A stretch of DNA of 64,000 bases from Antedon mediterranea (Eukaryota; Animalia; Echinodermata). Numbering within the stretch: position 1 is the first letter of the stretch; the number at the start of each line of letters is the position of its first letter. Positions 39,901 through 53,619 of this stretch are shown here, piece by piece. A model generated the notes under the pieces. It was not told the DNA's origin. It did not search any database and worked only from the letters and a program-made list of their open reading frames with translations. Position numbers and translations under genes: made by a program. The stretch covers positions 24,818,871 to 24,882,870 of the forward strand of contig NC_092676.1 in NCBI RefSeq assembly GCF_964355755.1, read 5' to 3'.

Positions 39901-40450
39901 GCAAATGATAAATTTATAAAAAATAACTGAAAAAATCTTGTTTCTATGATTGAATCGCATGGTGAAGGTCATGTGTTTACCCGAGACGCACATTCGGATT
40001 GAACTTTTTAGCCAGCATGGTTAGTTTTATCGACACCATTGTAGCTACCAGACAGGCAGTGGTCAGTAAAATTAACTGTTGGTCTTGGTTAAATTTACCT
40101 TGAGAATGTAGCTAGCATTCAGATTCGACTTTTCTAACTTAAAGGCTTTTGAAAGTTTTGGGGCTAAACCAAATATTACCTCAACAAATTTAGTATAGTG
40201 CACCTGTTTTTTGTTTTTTACATACAATGGTAGGCCTAATGTATAGTATTTTAGAGTGCCCGTTCCTGGAGCCAGTAGCACTAGCATGTCCCATTGAAAT
40301 ACTACCATATAAATGATTGTTGATTTTAATTCGCTCTCTTGTGATTTCACACGAAGAAATGCATTTATTGAAAAAGTCTCTTGATGTTCTTACAAAAGGC
40401 AAAAATATTGGATAGCAAAGATTATTTTCTTGGACAGAATGAGTATACAG

Positions 40451-40858
40451 CAAAGAACTTATAACACAAGAATCTCCTGTTCGTCGGAAGCGCGTAACAA
40501 TTTCGAAAGGCATTGTGGGATAGAATAGAGCTATGGGTGGCGCCATTGTGAGCCATGGAGTAGGGCGCCCGCATCAAATTAGAAAGTCAAAATCATAGAG
40601 GGGATCTACTAATGCTCTAGGGGGGATAGAGTAATTGACTGAGGAGTAGGGTGCCCGCATCAAATTAGAAAGTCAAAATCATAGAGGGGATCTGCTAATA
40701 CTCTAGGGGGGTAGAGTAATTGACTTCCTAGTTTGGAGAGGGCGCTGCTCCATGCTGTGAAATGGCGTCGCCCAGTTTGACCTTTTAACCCTGTACTTCC
40801 GATACTGTGTTTGAATGCAAATTGAAGAACAGGAGATTCTTGTGTTATAAGTTCTTTG
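40451..40858. mobile_element. Intact non-autonomous DNA transposon, 32-bp perfect TIR and 8-bp TSD (P-element-like)
   Basis: CAAAGAACTTATAACACAAGAATCTCCTGTTC and its exact reverse complement at 40827-40858; GTATACAG on both sides; ~85-bp internal direct repeat. Confidence 0.92.
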
Positions 40859-41591
40859 GTATACAGTAATTTAGCATAATCAAGAATTCTAACATATTGC
40901 CTATTTTAATATAAAACTAAATATATTTTTCTTTAACTAGTCATTGTACTATTTTGTTGCTTTGGGTGTACTGTGACTAGGAAAGTACCAGTAACCAATA
41001 TCACATGATACAGTATACACCGCCGTTAATATGTAGCTAAACACCTACATAAAATAATATTAACTTCATTAGGCGTGCATAAAAATGTGTAATAAAACAT
41101 TATTTTCATGATAAATACAAAAACATTCTTCCTCATATTGTAATAATAAGACAAATACACAAATTACATAAACTGAAAAATAACGAAGACACTTCAACAA
41201 TTGGACAATGAACACTGTACAGACCTACATGATTAATTGAATTTAATATTTAAATTTAATTGCAACTCAGAGAATTAAAAAATTTAAACTTGCATGTATA
41301 GCACATGGTATTATTGATTATTTAAATCTACTGAGTGTAGATGGCTATATCAAATAGTTAAGCCGCTAGCAGCAGTACTATGAATGACTTCTATTTTTAC
41401 TAAATTTATACAATTATAAATACAATTAAATTTAAATTAATTTCCAGGTGGTGTATCTGTCGTAATGTTACTGTACTATTTATTAAAAATGTATTAATAA
41501 TTACGGTGAATTTTGTGGTCGTCTTTCAATCAACTGATATAACCAATAAAGAACTGTACAAATTGTCTTGGAAACAGGGCTTTTTGTTTTA

Positions 41592-41868
41592 AGCCTTGTT
41601 CGCACTAGACTTGAAAAATTGTAAATTTAACCATGTGTTAACATGAGTAGCACATTCAAATTGGACGTTTTAGCTCCGTGCACTGGTTGGTTTTACTTTA
41701 GACCATGGTAGCTTTTAATTTTACAGGCAGTGGTCGGTAAGTAACTATTGGACTTCGTTTTAAACCTGTGGGAATCATAGCCAGTGTTCGGATTGGACTT
41801 TTCTTGGTAACTTTAGCTGGCGACTCGGTTGATTTGACCATTGAATTAAGTCCAGTGCGATCAAGGCT
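41592..41868. mobile_element. Harbinger-type MITE family H3; degraded relative near 39750-40150
   Basis: TIR AGCCTTGTTCGCACTAGACTT / AAGTCCAGTGCGATCAAGGCT, TTA/TTA TSD. Confidence 0.8.
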
Positions 41869-44800
41869 TTAGTTGTAGCTACCATATTACCGGTATAATA
41901 CTGTACTAGCACATACTGTACAAAAGCCTGTACTATTTTTGTGAAAATCTTTAGCACTAATATATAATTTATATAAAAATATTTGCCGCCTGACAATAAA
42001 TAAAGTATGCAATGGACCATAACGCAAGTTAAATTCATTCCACTTTGACTATTAAAGTCGATAAGCTGAAAATCCAATTTAATTAAATAAGAAAATAAGA
42101 TCAGGCTTTTTCATCAGACTTTAATTATTTGTGAAATAGTTAAAAATTATGAATTCTTAGCATTTGAAATTACACAATTTCATTCTGCACACATTCTTGT
42201 GCCTGTACATACATCTTGCCATTGTTAAAAAAAGTTGTTGTATTCCTGGCCATGATTTTTTTTTCGTACATAAGTTCAATACTATACGACTAGCGTTTGC
42301 TAAATTCTTCACACCAATATGGATATGACTATTAATGAACATTCATTATGTGACGTTTCATGAGGGGTCCACAAATTATTTACGAAAAGAAATATCGCAG
42401 CCTGGACCAGCTACAGTAATATTATCTGTACAAAATAGTAAGATACAAGGCATTGTATGTAGTGCATTTGATAATCAGTTTTAATTTCTTAATAAGAGTA
42501 CGGTCACGTTAAGTATCTATGCTATTCAGCATTTTTTATCTGCTATAGTTAGTACTGTAGGCCTAGTAATTAAGTAAAGTAAGTAAAAAGAAAAACTACT
42601 GTAAGTGTAATAGGACTGGTATAGTGCTTTACATAAGGTACAGTAATCATACTAAAACTACATAATGGGTATAGGCTTTTTGAATAACTGTAAATTGTCC
42701 TATAGTCCCTACCCTCAATATCATGATAGGTATTAATACCTCTGAATAGAATGATCTAGCCTTCGCCTCTATGATTGTACTGTGAAAGTTAACATCAAGA
42801 GCTGTTCATATGCAAATTGCGCTGGAAAAAATCATTGACCATTCACACAGCTTCAAATAACAATAGCATTCTTTTAATGGAGCTTCAGGTACAGTGTGAA
42901 GGAAAAGTGTAGTGGCATGCAATACAGATTGACAAACAAAAGACAAGGTTAAAGATTGCATACTGTTGAGAATGTACCCATTCATACTCTCTAACAGTTT
43001 GTATGGCATTTATGACTACGGTACCTTCATATTTTGAAAAGTCTGCGTTTTAAAAATTTGTTAGAAATATCGCTAATCGATATAAATTCTGAGTCTCGAA
43101 ACATAGTTTTGTATTGTATTTTTTATTTGATAAATGTGTAGCAGTAAGGTAGTTTTGTATAGCTTTTTGCTGGCATTACACTGGTGAAAATATTTTTTCG
43201 TCTGTAAATTTTCTAACTAAAGTAAAAACACAGTTTTCAGTTAGACACTGTAGAGCAATAATAGTAAAGCTCAAATATATAAATAATTTAATTTTAGCCA
43301 AAAATACTGAATGCTGGAATACTCTTATGTAATACTAACTGATATAAATAAAATGTTATACTACTACTAGGAAGCACAGTGTATACAGAACCATTTATTA
43401 CAATTAGGAGCCACTTTCTTGAATCCTGAAACTGTCCTTAATTCTGGTTCTACTGTAGTATTATTCAATCAATTTTTTAACAGACTATTTTTAATTTATC
43501 TTTTTTGATAGCTTTATCAGTAATTGCAGAAACTGTGCATACATTATTGCTTAGATTTAAGTGAGACATCTTGAATAGTGAAGTTTTAAAATTAATTCAA
43601 TTAGGAAGTGAAATTTTAGTAAAACCAAGTGTACAGGACTGACCTTAAAGTGACAGTTCATGTTCTGAGTGATGTTTATAGTAGCAGTGAAAAAACAAAC
43701 AAAAAAAACATATTTTTAACAGCTTCTTCGAAAAACCAGAAAAAAATAATTTTAAACAAAAACATATTGTTAAAAACTTTAAAATTGTGTACTGTTATAT
43801 TTTTTTCTTTCTCTCTTTCTTTTCAATTTTAAGGCTATAAATAGTAATATACTATAAATTTTAGTCTACTGAACAAATTTGTGTTTTTAACAATTGTTAA
43901 AACATTTTCGCCTTTATTGCATTTTCAGATGAATGTTTGATTGATTCATATTTTGATAATGAATTATTTTTTTTACAAATAATGTTGACATAACAATGCA
44001 GTTAAATGTTGGAATATTTAACACAATATTCTAACAAAATAATTGCAAAACTTTTAAATGGTGTTAGTAATTTCTTTAGAATATTTGTTACAAAATTGTA
44101 CTGCATTGTATTTGACACGATTATATTGGCTGTTATATTCATAGCAAATTTCAAGCTAAGCTTTGATCTGTACAAAATCCAAACAATCTTCTTTAAATTA
44201 AACAAAAATCAAATGTTTTTAGAGAAACGTCTCAAATTTCATGAGAGTTGGCAACAACGAGCAATCGCGAGGATTTGGTTCTCATGGACCTAGGCTCAAC
44301 GTAGAATCACACAACCATTAACAAGAAATCTGAAACAACACTCAAATCTCACGGGTCAAATTCAGCAATATTCGTGTCAGAATTTCACTTTCCAACGATT
44401 TCTAACGACTGTAGCAACATAGAACTGATGAATTGTATTATATTGATGGGCTTGAAAGCGTAGATAGCTGGCAAACTATCAGATATAACCTTGTACGGTA
44501 ACGTCGTTACTAAATTGATCTAGTTGGCCATCTCTTGCATACTATCTCATAATCCGTTTCCTGTTACAAATAATCCGCCTTAAAACGCAAACTATTGCAT
44601 TTTAATGAAAGGGTTCTGTTTGCTAGACTATAAACTATTGGAAAACATTTTAAATAAAATAACTTAATAAAAAAACATATTCATTTCTATGACAGTAACT
44701 ACCAGTATGTACAGTACCAGTATTTTGTCGTATGGAAAGGACAAAATATGATTATGAAGAGTGCTATATGTACAGTAATTCATCATACAGCAATAGATAA

Positions 44801-45757
44801 TAAAAAAATGATAGTCATACTGTACATTGTAATTAAGTACACAGTACAGTATGCAGTAAAAATAATATGGTATACTAACAATAACATAGGGAAATTATTC
44901 CATTTTTCCACCGAGAATTGGAATAAAAATCTAAATAACTATTTATATACAGATTTGATTTTTATTACTGTATCTTCAAATACTGACAGTTAATACAGTA
45001 TCAATAGGTAATTGATAATTATAATATCTAACAGGAACAACACTGTCTTCATTCTTTAACAAAAACAAAATAATTTGAGAATTTAGCACATAATTTATAA
45101 TCATGTACACAGTAAACTCTCATCTCTAAAAAGAAATTACTTAAAATCATTTTCTAAATGTTGTTCTGTACTGAATAATACTGATAATCCAGTACTGTAG
45201 TATAGTAGAATAAGAAATGTACTATACCATCAAATCTCTTTGATCAATGCGAAAAAATAAAAAAATATCCCAATACAAAAGTTAAGCATTAATGTTATAA
45301 GTAGACTCTGAATTGCATTATAATGCGTGGATAATTTATGTTTAGCATGGGGGCTTATCCTATAATAAGTATTATGTTCTCTGCCACTAAACAAGAATAG
45401 CGTAAAGTACTCATTGTGATTATAAGAGCCAACAAATAAAAACATATGTTGTTAAAACGGTACAATCTAACTAGATCCAAATCATTCGTGTGGAATACCA
45501 ACCAAAAATATTGTTGGTTACTACTACTACTGTACTATTTAATAGAACAAAATTCCACTTAATACAGTACCTTTTTAGTTTGTTTTTTAGTTCAACTTGA
45601 ACAGTTTTAATGGAGTTTGAATTTTTGTTAACACAATGCAATTATGTGGTAATTCTATAGATAGGTACGCATGACTTTGCATAGTGGCAAGCTTCCTTTA
45701 CTTCACAGAGTAGGTTGATTTGAATCATAGGAGCGGAAATTGAGGCCGACGTCCTTG

Positions 45758-46180
45758 TGAGGTTTAACCCTCCCCCTAACAGATTCACCATTTCCCCTCT
45801 TTCAATGATGATTTTAACACATACGTGTCAATGCTTAAAATCCTATTACTTGTTTAAATTGGTTAATTATCTATAAGTGTATTTGTTATAATGATTGTAC
45901 TGAATGAATAATAGCTTTTACAGTAAAATGTATTAAATTGTGCAATGGAGAACCTTACAAAACAAATAAAAAATCGCTAAAAATATTATGAGGTTTACCC
46001 TCCCCCTAACAGATTCACCATTTCCCCGCTTTCAATGATGATTTTAACACACACACATGTCAATGCTTAAAATCTTATTGATCTTTAGTGTATTTGTTGT
46101 AATGAATGAATACTGTACAGCTTTTAAAATGTATTAAACTGTGCAATGGAGTACCCTAAAAAATAAACAACAATCGTTAT
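45758..46180. repeat. ~231-bp tandem duplication
   Basis: tgaggttta(a)ccctccccctaacagattcaccatttcccc... at 45758 and 45989. Confidence 0.85.
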
Positions 46181-47739
46181 ACAGTATTTAAATCAACTTG
46201 GTGATTACTGTTTTTCCCCTATATACAGTTACAGTAGGTTGCTGAATAAAATTGGGAGTTTATGAATAATTTGAATACACAAGTCAAGTTTTTCAAGATA
46301 TTTTGAAATAACCAGAACTTTGATTTCTAAAAAAGCACATCAGATTCAGTTCTTTATTGTATCTTAACATGACAGTATCATGGCAAATTCTATATTACAG
46401 ATCTCCTGTGGTTGACTAAGTGATGCCTGTATCATGGGTTAGGTTAATATGTATGACACAGGCTTATTTACACATGTGATGCTGTATCACAGAATAGTGC
46501 CTATGAATATGATACTGGAAAACTTTTAGATACATTACGAAAAATTGACAAGAGCAGCATGAAACGCATTGAATGATTAAACCTCTGAATTTTGATATTT
46601 ATACGATGCGCTTTTAGGCGTCGGCACAAATACTACTATACTAAATACTACTATACTAAATATACGATTTTCATAACCACAAGCCTTTTTAAAAATAAAT
46701 TTTCTATTATATACTTATAAAACATCACCAACAAAGGTTCATTCAAACCGTAATACAGCTGTACCTACTCCAATTTGTAAAGTATTTATAAATGTATGTA
46801 AAAGCCCAATCTAGTTTAAGTGTAGGTACGTCGATGACCAAGTTTGATTCAGGATATGCCGGAGACAACCAGGAAGCGTTGCGACATTATAAACATAAAC
46901 TCAAATGGACATAAAAGTAAAAGAAATGGTGTTGCTGTAGCCATGCAAAACAAAAAAGCTATTGTGTAATTTTACATCTAAAGTTCAGATCTAAAACATT
47001 AAATAAGTAAACAGATCTAAAAATACTTTCAATAGAATTTGACTGAACTTTATATTTCAATTCACACACTATAACTGTTTAAATCTGGGAATTACAGTTT
47101 TAGTTTGAAGACCATATTTTCGTGAATTCGTGAATGGCTAATCTGGTTACACACACACTTGTAGAACAACCAATGGATCAATTGAACTTCACCCTCTCTA
47201 ACTTCATGTACAGTATGCATACCGGTAAACTACTTGACCCTTTTATTTGCTGATAACTACTGTCTACATTGCTATGGTTGTTAACTTATTAATTGGCTGA
47301 ATTTTTACCAACCAATTTCACTTTTTCAAAAAAAATTCGCTTATTTTAAAAATGGAAATCATAAACAATTTAATTACATGGTGTCAGTCAATACTTTACA
47401 AACATAGAATGTTACCATACAGTACTGTAGGTAAGAGATGCATCAATTCATATTATGTAATGTCAATGTCATTTATACTGTACATATACAGTATAAATTT
47501 ATATAATTTTACAAAATTCCTTCCAATCTTTTTTAATTCATTTTCAACAAAGTACTGATAAGGTATGAACAATCACCATGGCAAGAATTTTCTTTGGGTT
47601 TTTTTTTTCGGTTTTTTTTTTGGGAGGGGGTTGGGAAGGGGGGGGGGAGAAACTACATAAATCCTTTACAGTTTGGTACATGTACTTTAATGATAAGTTT
47701 TTCTATGACATACTGTAAATTAAAAAAAAATAACAAACC

Positions 47740-49098
47740 TTAATGAACCCAGTTGCGGTTAACGTTTCCATTGGCATTCGTTTGCATCATATTAGGCAAC
47801 GACTGCTGGATACCAGTAGGGGTGATCTGTGCTGGCTGATCAAAATTAAAGTCAAATCCTTCACCCATGTCAAGCTCAGAGCGTATAATGCTATCCATAT
47901 CGCAATGTAGTTCATCCTGAAACATGTCCAAATCAAGATCTTGAGGAAATCGGTCATTCTGCAACGCTTCGTTGTTGAAATGCGGCTGCAGTGCAGGCAT
48001 TGGCATTCCGTTAATTCCATTAACTGGATGTATCTGCTGTTGAAGATTAGAAGTTTGGTATCTGTTATACGGACCAGGCATCGTGAGTAAAGCCGATAAC
48101 TGACTGGGACCTGCAGCCTGTGACATGGTTAAATTTCTTGTCGGTAGATTCAAGCTCTGGTTGCGACAGGTTGGCATCATCTGGTTTCTTTGATTAATCA
48201 ACACGGCTGGAGGCATTTGCTCTTGCAGCATGCCGTGCGAAATGAGCCCGTCCTCCGAAGACATGATCGGGCTCGTCTGAGTTATCATCGATTCAGACTG
48301 AGTGAGAGCTACATTTGTATAATTAATCCTAGATTGATGCATCATCGGAAATTGCTCAGATAAATTTGTCATGGACGGTGTACGTTGCTGAGACATGTGC
48401 TGCGGACTCAGAGCAGACGATTGTGAGGTACATGAATAGTGGCTAAATGGGCTCTGGCTTGTACCGCTATGGGCTGGTGATGGCTGACTACTATTATAGC
48501 CCGAGCCTGGAGGTGAAAATATGTAATTGTTACCCCCATTCTGATTGTGGTAAAGTCCATTACTTTGTCGTAAATGCATCTGTTCAACAGAGCTGTTCAA
48601 TTGGTCTGAATTTAGTGAACTAGAGGTACTAAGATTCATGCTTTCTGCTATTGATTCTGTTAGTTCATTGACTTGTGAAAGCTCCGAGCCAATTGAGGAT
48701 TCGTATGAAGGTGGTGGCGGGCCTAGCGAAGTTGCTGGCGACAGCGGCGGCCCATCATGATCGAGATTCGCCATTATCGGTGATAACCGACCACAACTAC
48801 TAGCATTTGAACTTGCCCTTGATCTGAAATTATCAAATGGTGAATCCAACGGGAAATCCACGTCTGTAGAATTTGGACTGTTTGGCCACTTAGCCGCACG
48901 CTCGGCTTCTACTTTCTTCTTAGCACGACCACGTTTCTTTTCCCAATTGGAATTTTTTGTTTCCATACTGGATGACCTGCGACGTGCCTTTCCAGGCTTA
49001 GCATCTGGGTTTATCATCCACCATGATGATTTGCCTGTTCCCTCGTTTTGAACTCTCACAAATCTGCTATGCAGTGACAAGTTGTGTCGTATAGAATT
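47740..49098 (-). CDS. FOXO: FoxO coding exon 2 (C-terminal half of forkhead domain, Akt sites, CR3 transactivation domain)
   Basis: tttacag|[27 protein letters not shown]; RRRSSSME and RSRASSNAS Akt motifs; DLDLDMF...[13 protein letters not shown]; ends NWVH*. Confidence 0.97.
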   Translation of the reverse strand, partial: NSIRHNLSLHSRFVRVQNEGTGKSSWWMINPDAKPGKARRRSSSMETKNSNWEKKRGRAKKKVEAERAAKWPNSPNSTDVDFPLDSPFDNFRSRASSNASSCGRLSPIMANLDHDGPPLSPATSLGPPPPSYESSIGSELSQVNELTESIAESMNLSTSSSLNSDQLNSSVEQMHLRQSNGLYHNQNGGNNYIFSPPGSGYNSSQPSPAHSGTSQSPFSHYSCTSQSSALSPQHMSQQRTPSMTNLSEQFPMMHQSRINYTNVALTQSESMITQTSPIMSSEDGLISHGMLQEQMPPAVLINQRNQMMPTCRNQSLNLPTRNLTMSQAAGPSQLSALLTMPGPYNRYQTSNLQQQIHPVNGINGMPMPALQPHFNNEALQNDRFPQDLDLDMFQDELHCDMDSIIRSELDMGEGFDFNFDQPAQITPTGIQQSLPNMMQTNANGNVNRNWVH

Positions 49099-49422
49099 CT
49101 GTAAAGGAAGAATAAAACATGTATCAATGGAAAATTATTTCATACGCACTTTAATTAAGCGTAAAAACAGCATGGCTATAATGGTACATTTACAGTTAGT
49201 AGTAATTAATAGTAGCACCGAGTATCAGCAAACAAACAAACAATCTCCCCAACCCTCAGCAAGTACTGTATGTTCCTCTATGACCACAAGCGGGCTACAG
49301 TAGTAGTTCAAAGCTACACATTTAAATGATAATAATAATATGGTATTTAAGTAAAACAAAAACCCCTAAAGTTGTGTACTTCAATTCATTTAAAAGTATA
49401 GTTTTATATATTTTGTCATTTT

Positions 49423-49521
49423 TAAGAGGGCCCTGGATATCAGCTGACCTCAGCTGGTTCAGCTGGAAGGGTTACCCTCTATAAATAAAGTTTAAATAAA
49501 AAAAAAAATAAATAAATAAAA
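49423..49521 (+). mobile_element. Retroposon (LINE/SINE) 3' end with (AAAT)n tail; relative near 35976-36056
   Basis: aagagggccctggatatcag...ctggaagggttaccctct, AATAAA and an A-rich tail. Confidence 0.55.
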
Positions 49522-50275
49522 TACATTACTGTATGTTCATTAAATGAATTGTGTAATAAACTAAACTAATAAAATATACTCCAAAAAATTCATCTGGTTT
49601 TAAATGATTTACAGTACAGTATGTACAGTATTTGTATTTTTTTATTTTGGTAACCATAAAAATTAACATCGATGCTACAGCAGTAGCTGAAACGTAGCAA
49701 AATAATAAGATTATATTTATGGTTTATAACAAAATAAAAAAAATTACAAAACATAGTAAAATATATTTCTAAATGTACAGTTAGCATTACAGTAGCCACA
49801 AACTAAATTAACTACACGTCGATAGAATTGTTAGTATACACTTTACGACCATGATATTTTACTGAAAATTACATTCATTTATAACAAGCATGCAATGCAG
49901 CTTAAATTGTTTACTTTATAAACATGATACACATTGTAATGAAAGAATGTCAATTAAAACAATGATAATTTTGCCTAGGAATTTGATGATTCTTTAATTT
50001 GCAAAACACTTGCTGCTCTATCTTATAGAATATGAATAAGGATGGTGTTCAGACTGTAATTTCGCTGGGACAATTAAATGCAATTTTTGGGGCCATCGTA
50101 ATCTGTAATAATGGTTCAGAAGTCAATGACCTTGCTAACACAGGAACTAATTGTACTAAACAATTAACCAGTGATATTCTATACAAGTTTTCAGTAAACG
50201 ACCTACAAATTCTTTTGTACTAACTGTATAACATTATACAGTCAATGTCATTTTACTCTAATAAACCTGTACTGT

Positions 50276-50424
50276 AGCTCTGTGATGTACCCAAATATGG
50301 ACATATCTCTACCATATTTGGGCATATCTCTACCATATTTGGGCATATCACTACCATATTTGGGCATATTACTACCATATTTGGGCACATCATACTATTT
50401 TGTCAAACTAGTTTAGACAGAGCT
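50276..50424. mobile_element. H1 MITE derivative with 4 x 21-bp internal repeat
   Basis: taccatatttgggcatatc(t/a)c repeats; right TIR tagacagagct. Confidence 0.7.
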
Positions 50425-51471
50425 TTACATACATAGAATTTAATAATTACTGTAACATACAGTACTGTAGACTTGAAACAATCAAAACAAACTGAACACA
50501 TTTAATAATAAGTATTGTTGTAACACAATTTGATTATGAAGGCTAACAAAATAGACTATAATATTAATTTAATTGCTAAGCACAGTAAAGCATATTTGTC
50601 CACTATATCAATGTACAGTACAGTAGGTTCAATTTGAAAATTACAGTACAGTACATGTCTACTGATGTGTTAAATAAGGAATTTTCATATAATTAGACAC
50701 AAAAAAACGCAATCAATATAGTAGGGTAGCAACAATGACATCAGGGATATAACAGGATCCCCAGCAAAGTACTGCATGATGAATAGATGGCTGACCAACC
50801 GTAATAAATTTTTCATGCCTGCTCTTTTATGAATATAATGGAAGGTTAAATTTCTTCATTGTACTGTACAGGTTAAATATTAAAATCTCTCCACAATTTG
50901 AAAAGCATTGGTGTTTTAAACGTTATTACACTGACTGACAGATGGAATTGGTTGTGTTTGAATGGTTCAGTTCATATTTTATTTGTTCACATTTTTGGTT
51001 TATAGTGCAGTATGTTCGTTTGAAAGCATCTCGACACTGCTCCCTACAAAAATGTAATGATTTTATCGTGACCAAAAAATCAAATAAAAAACGTGACGAT
51101 ATCATAAAATCATCAACTAAATAACAATAATGGTGCATCTGTACTTCCGGACCAAACTTGAAATCACTACCGACTTCACGGACACTTGCCATTATCGCCA
51201 TGCAGTCTGTGTTTTATAAATTGAGTTTAGCTTGAGAGATTGAGGTGCGAAAGTACAGTGTAGCGCTCTGTCTGTAAGCTTACAGTACAGCAGTTCACTA
51301 ATCTGCTTTTAGGCATAGAATAATCTACTAGGCTAGGCCTAGATTTTTTTCAGAAACAAAAATGACATAACAAATCACAATAATTATACAATACAAATGA
51401 AAATCATCTATTTATATCGGGGCCTAATTAATAAATTATTAAATAATAATAATACACAGTAAAATACTAAC

Positions 51472-51936
51472 CTTCCAACCAGCAGAACTGTTACTGTCCC
51501 CTTTATCCTTAAAATATGCTACATTTTTAACCATCCATTCGTAAATTTGAGACAATGTTAGTCTCTGTTCAGGAGAACTTTGAACAGCTTTCGTGATCAA
51601 ATCTGCATACGATAAATTTCCCCATGCATTTCTTCGTGAAGTATTTTTTTTGTTTGGGGTAGAAGAATCATGCTTGTTGTCTCCTAAAAGAGGTTCTATA
51701 ACTTCAGGTACTAGGCCTATAGGCTCTGGAGTTAGAGCAGTAAGCTCAGCTGGCGGTGGTTCATGACATTGCTGGGAAAGGGGTTGTTCACCGTTATGTT
51801 GAGGTTCTTCTTCAGCAATCGCTGGGGAGGCTTGGGGCTTGTTATCAAGAAAGTCGGGCCTACGCAGAGGCCAAGTGCTGGAACGTGGACGAGATTGAGG
51901 CTCGAAATTGGGGTCGATCTCTTCCATGATATCCAT
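51472..51936 (-). CDS. FOXO: FoxO coding exon 1
   Basis: [23 protein letters not shown] (Akt site 1); [17 protein letters not shown]...[13 protein letters not shown]|gttagt is the conserved FoxO intron position; the ORF-track start at 51951 is a TTG. Confidence 0.96.
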
Positions 51937-52029
51937 AGATATTTTACACAATCCTAAAGAATGACAAATACTATCCCTCAGTCCAGAACTTCCAAATCAA
52001 TTCGTTTCCAAAGCGGGAGAAATGTAAGT

Positions 52030-52200
52030 TTCCAGTGACGTTGTTTTGATCACGCCTAACACTGCCCATCCATTTTCTATACAAAATACTCGAGTAATGA
52101 CACACCGCGGCGGGTCTTCTCTGATTTCATCGTTTGGAAAAATTTGCATACAATTCTGACGTCACACAGCCACCTATTAGCAACAGTGTGTGGTGTCGAT
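52030..52200 (-). promoter_or_regulatory. FoxO proximal promoter candidate with a full CRE (TGACGTCA, 52157-52164)
   Basis: CpG-richer segment directly upstream of exon 1 containing a palindromic CRE. Confidence 0.5.
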
Positions 52201-53619
52201 CGTGCGTCTGAGTCGATTGGGCAACTCATTATTTCATTTTTTAGTTCACGTTCAAGGGCCCAAGAACCTTAAAATCGACGAAATCATTATCATGTCCTGT
52301 AGGGGTATGACTATTGGAACATACAGGACGAAATCGCAGAAAAATTAACAAACTCGAGATACCGGAAAAAAAGGAAGCAAACGCGTAGCCTACATCGTCT
52401 ACTACCAATAACCAGAGCCCGAGAGACAATAGGTACACAATTAAAGATTGACTTAATTTAGTTGCTGTAAGAACACATTGGAAGGCTCAGTATTTTATTA
52501 TAATTTGGAAACGGGAAAGAGTTACTAGTCCTACTTATAATAATTTCAACTTTAAAAATACCAAACAGCGAGTTCTTCTACATAAGATGAGAGTACAGTA
52601 TTTACACTATTTTATAAATTATGATATAAACTAGGCTGGTATGTTGGACAATAAATGATAATATCAATATGAATGCTATTTAAAGCAAATTATTAAAATA
52701 ATTTAAATTAATAAATACTTAAGGATTTGTCGACAATGGGTATTGATAATGATGATGGTAATGATGAAGATACCGGGGCAAATTACGAAATAATATTACA
52801 GTTGCATATCTCGATAATAAATTATATGTCGGTTCATGAAACCTAATTATAGTTTAATACGTCGACGGTCTCTACAATGCGAGAAATGATTTCTTCCGGC
52901 CACAATAATTAAATATTCTATTCCGCCGATTGAATCGTTGGAAGTTGAAGTGAAATATCTCAAGTTAAAAGGGCGCGTTGACCTAGCTACGAGAAAATCC
53001 ACCGGTTGTGACTGTGTTGAATTCGTCAGTTCCCGTTTAATAAGAGCAGAAAAGCGTATTACAACACGCTGTTACAGTTCCTTCTATATAAGACCTTTCT
53101 AACTACAAACGAATATAAATATATATCCGCTTTCCTGTATTAGTACTTCGTGTGGACATCATTCTCTGTTTCGTTAAGGAAATAGTCTAATTAATATCGG
53201 TTAATTGTTCCGTTTGACTTTATTTTCAACCTATTTTCATTGTCGTCATTTTAATTACGAAGAATGTAGCCTTATTGTGATTTAGTATTATTATTTTTCA
53301 GTTGGCCACAATTATATTAAGGTTAACACTTTTGTTTGTTTCGCCTCTGTAAAATATGAAAATATTAATATGTAAAATGGATACATTTTGGGGACATTAA
53401 ATAAGAGAAAAAACAACCCAAAAACAACCGAAACAAAAAAAAATAAATATGGGGCATGGTATCTAACAAAAAATACATTGGCTTTTCTAGTACAGTATAC
53501 TGTTACTCCTGCTGTCAGTCACGACTTTGATCTGCGGCGTACAAACGAATACACAGACAGTGGGGACGAGGGGGTTTCGAGAGGTATGGTACGCTATTGC
53601 CGCATAACCATTGGCTTAA

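Noticed and set aside
40072-40546. 118-aa and 92-aa minus-strand ORFs as a P-element transposase fragment
   Set aside because: They lie outside or run across the element boundary into flank and lack THAP or DDE motifs
51937-51951. FoxO start at 51951 (MCKIS…)
   Set aside because: That codon is TTG; the first in-frame ATG is at 51936
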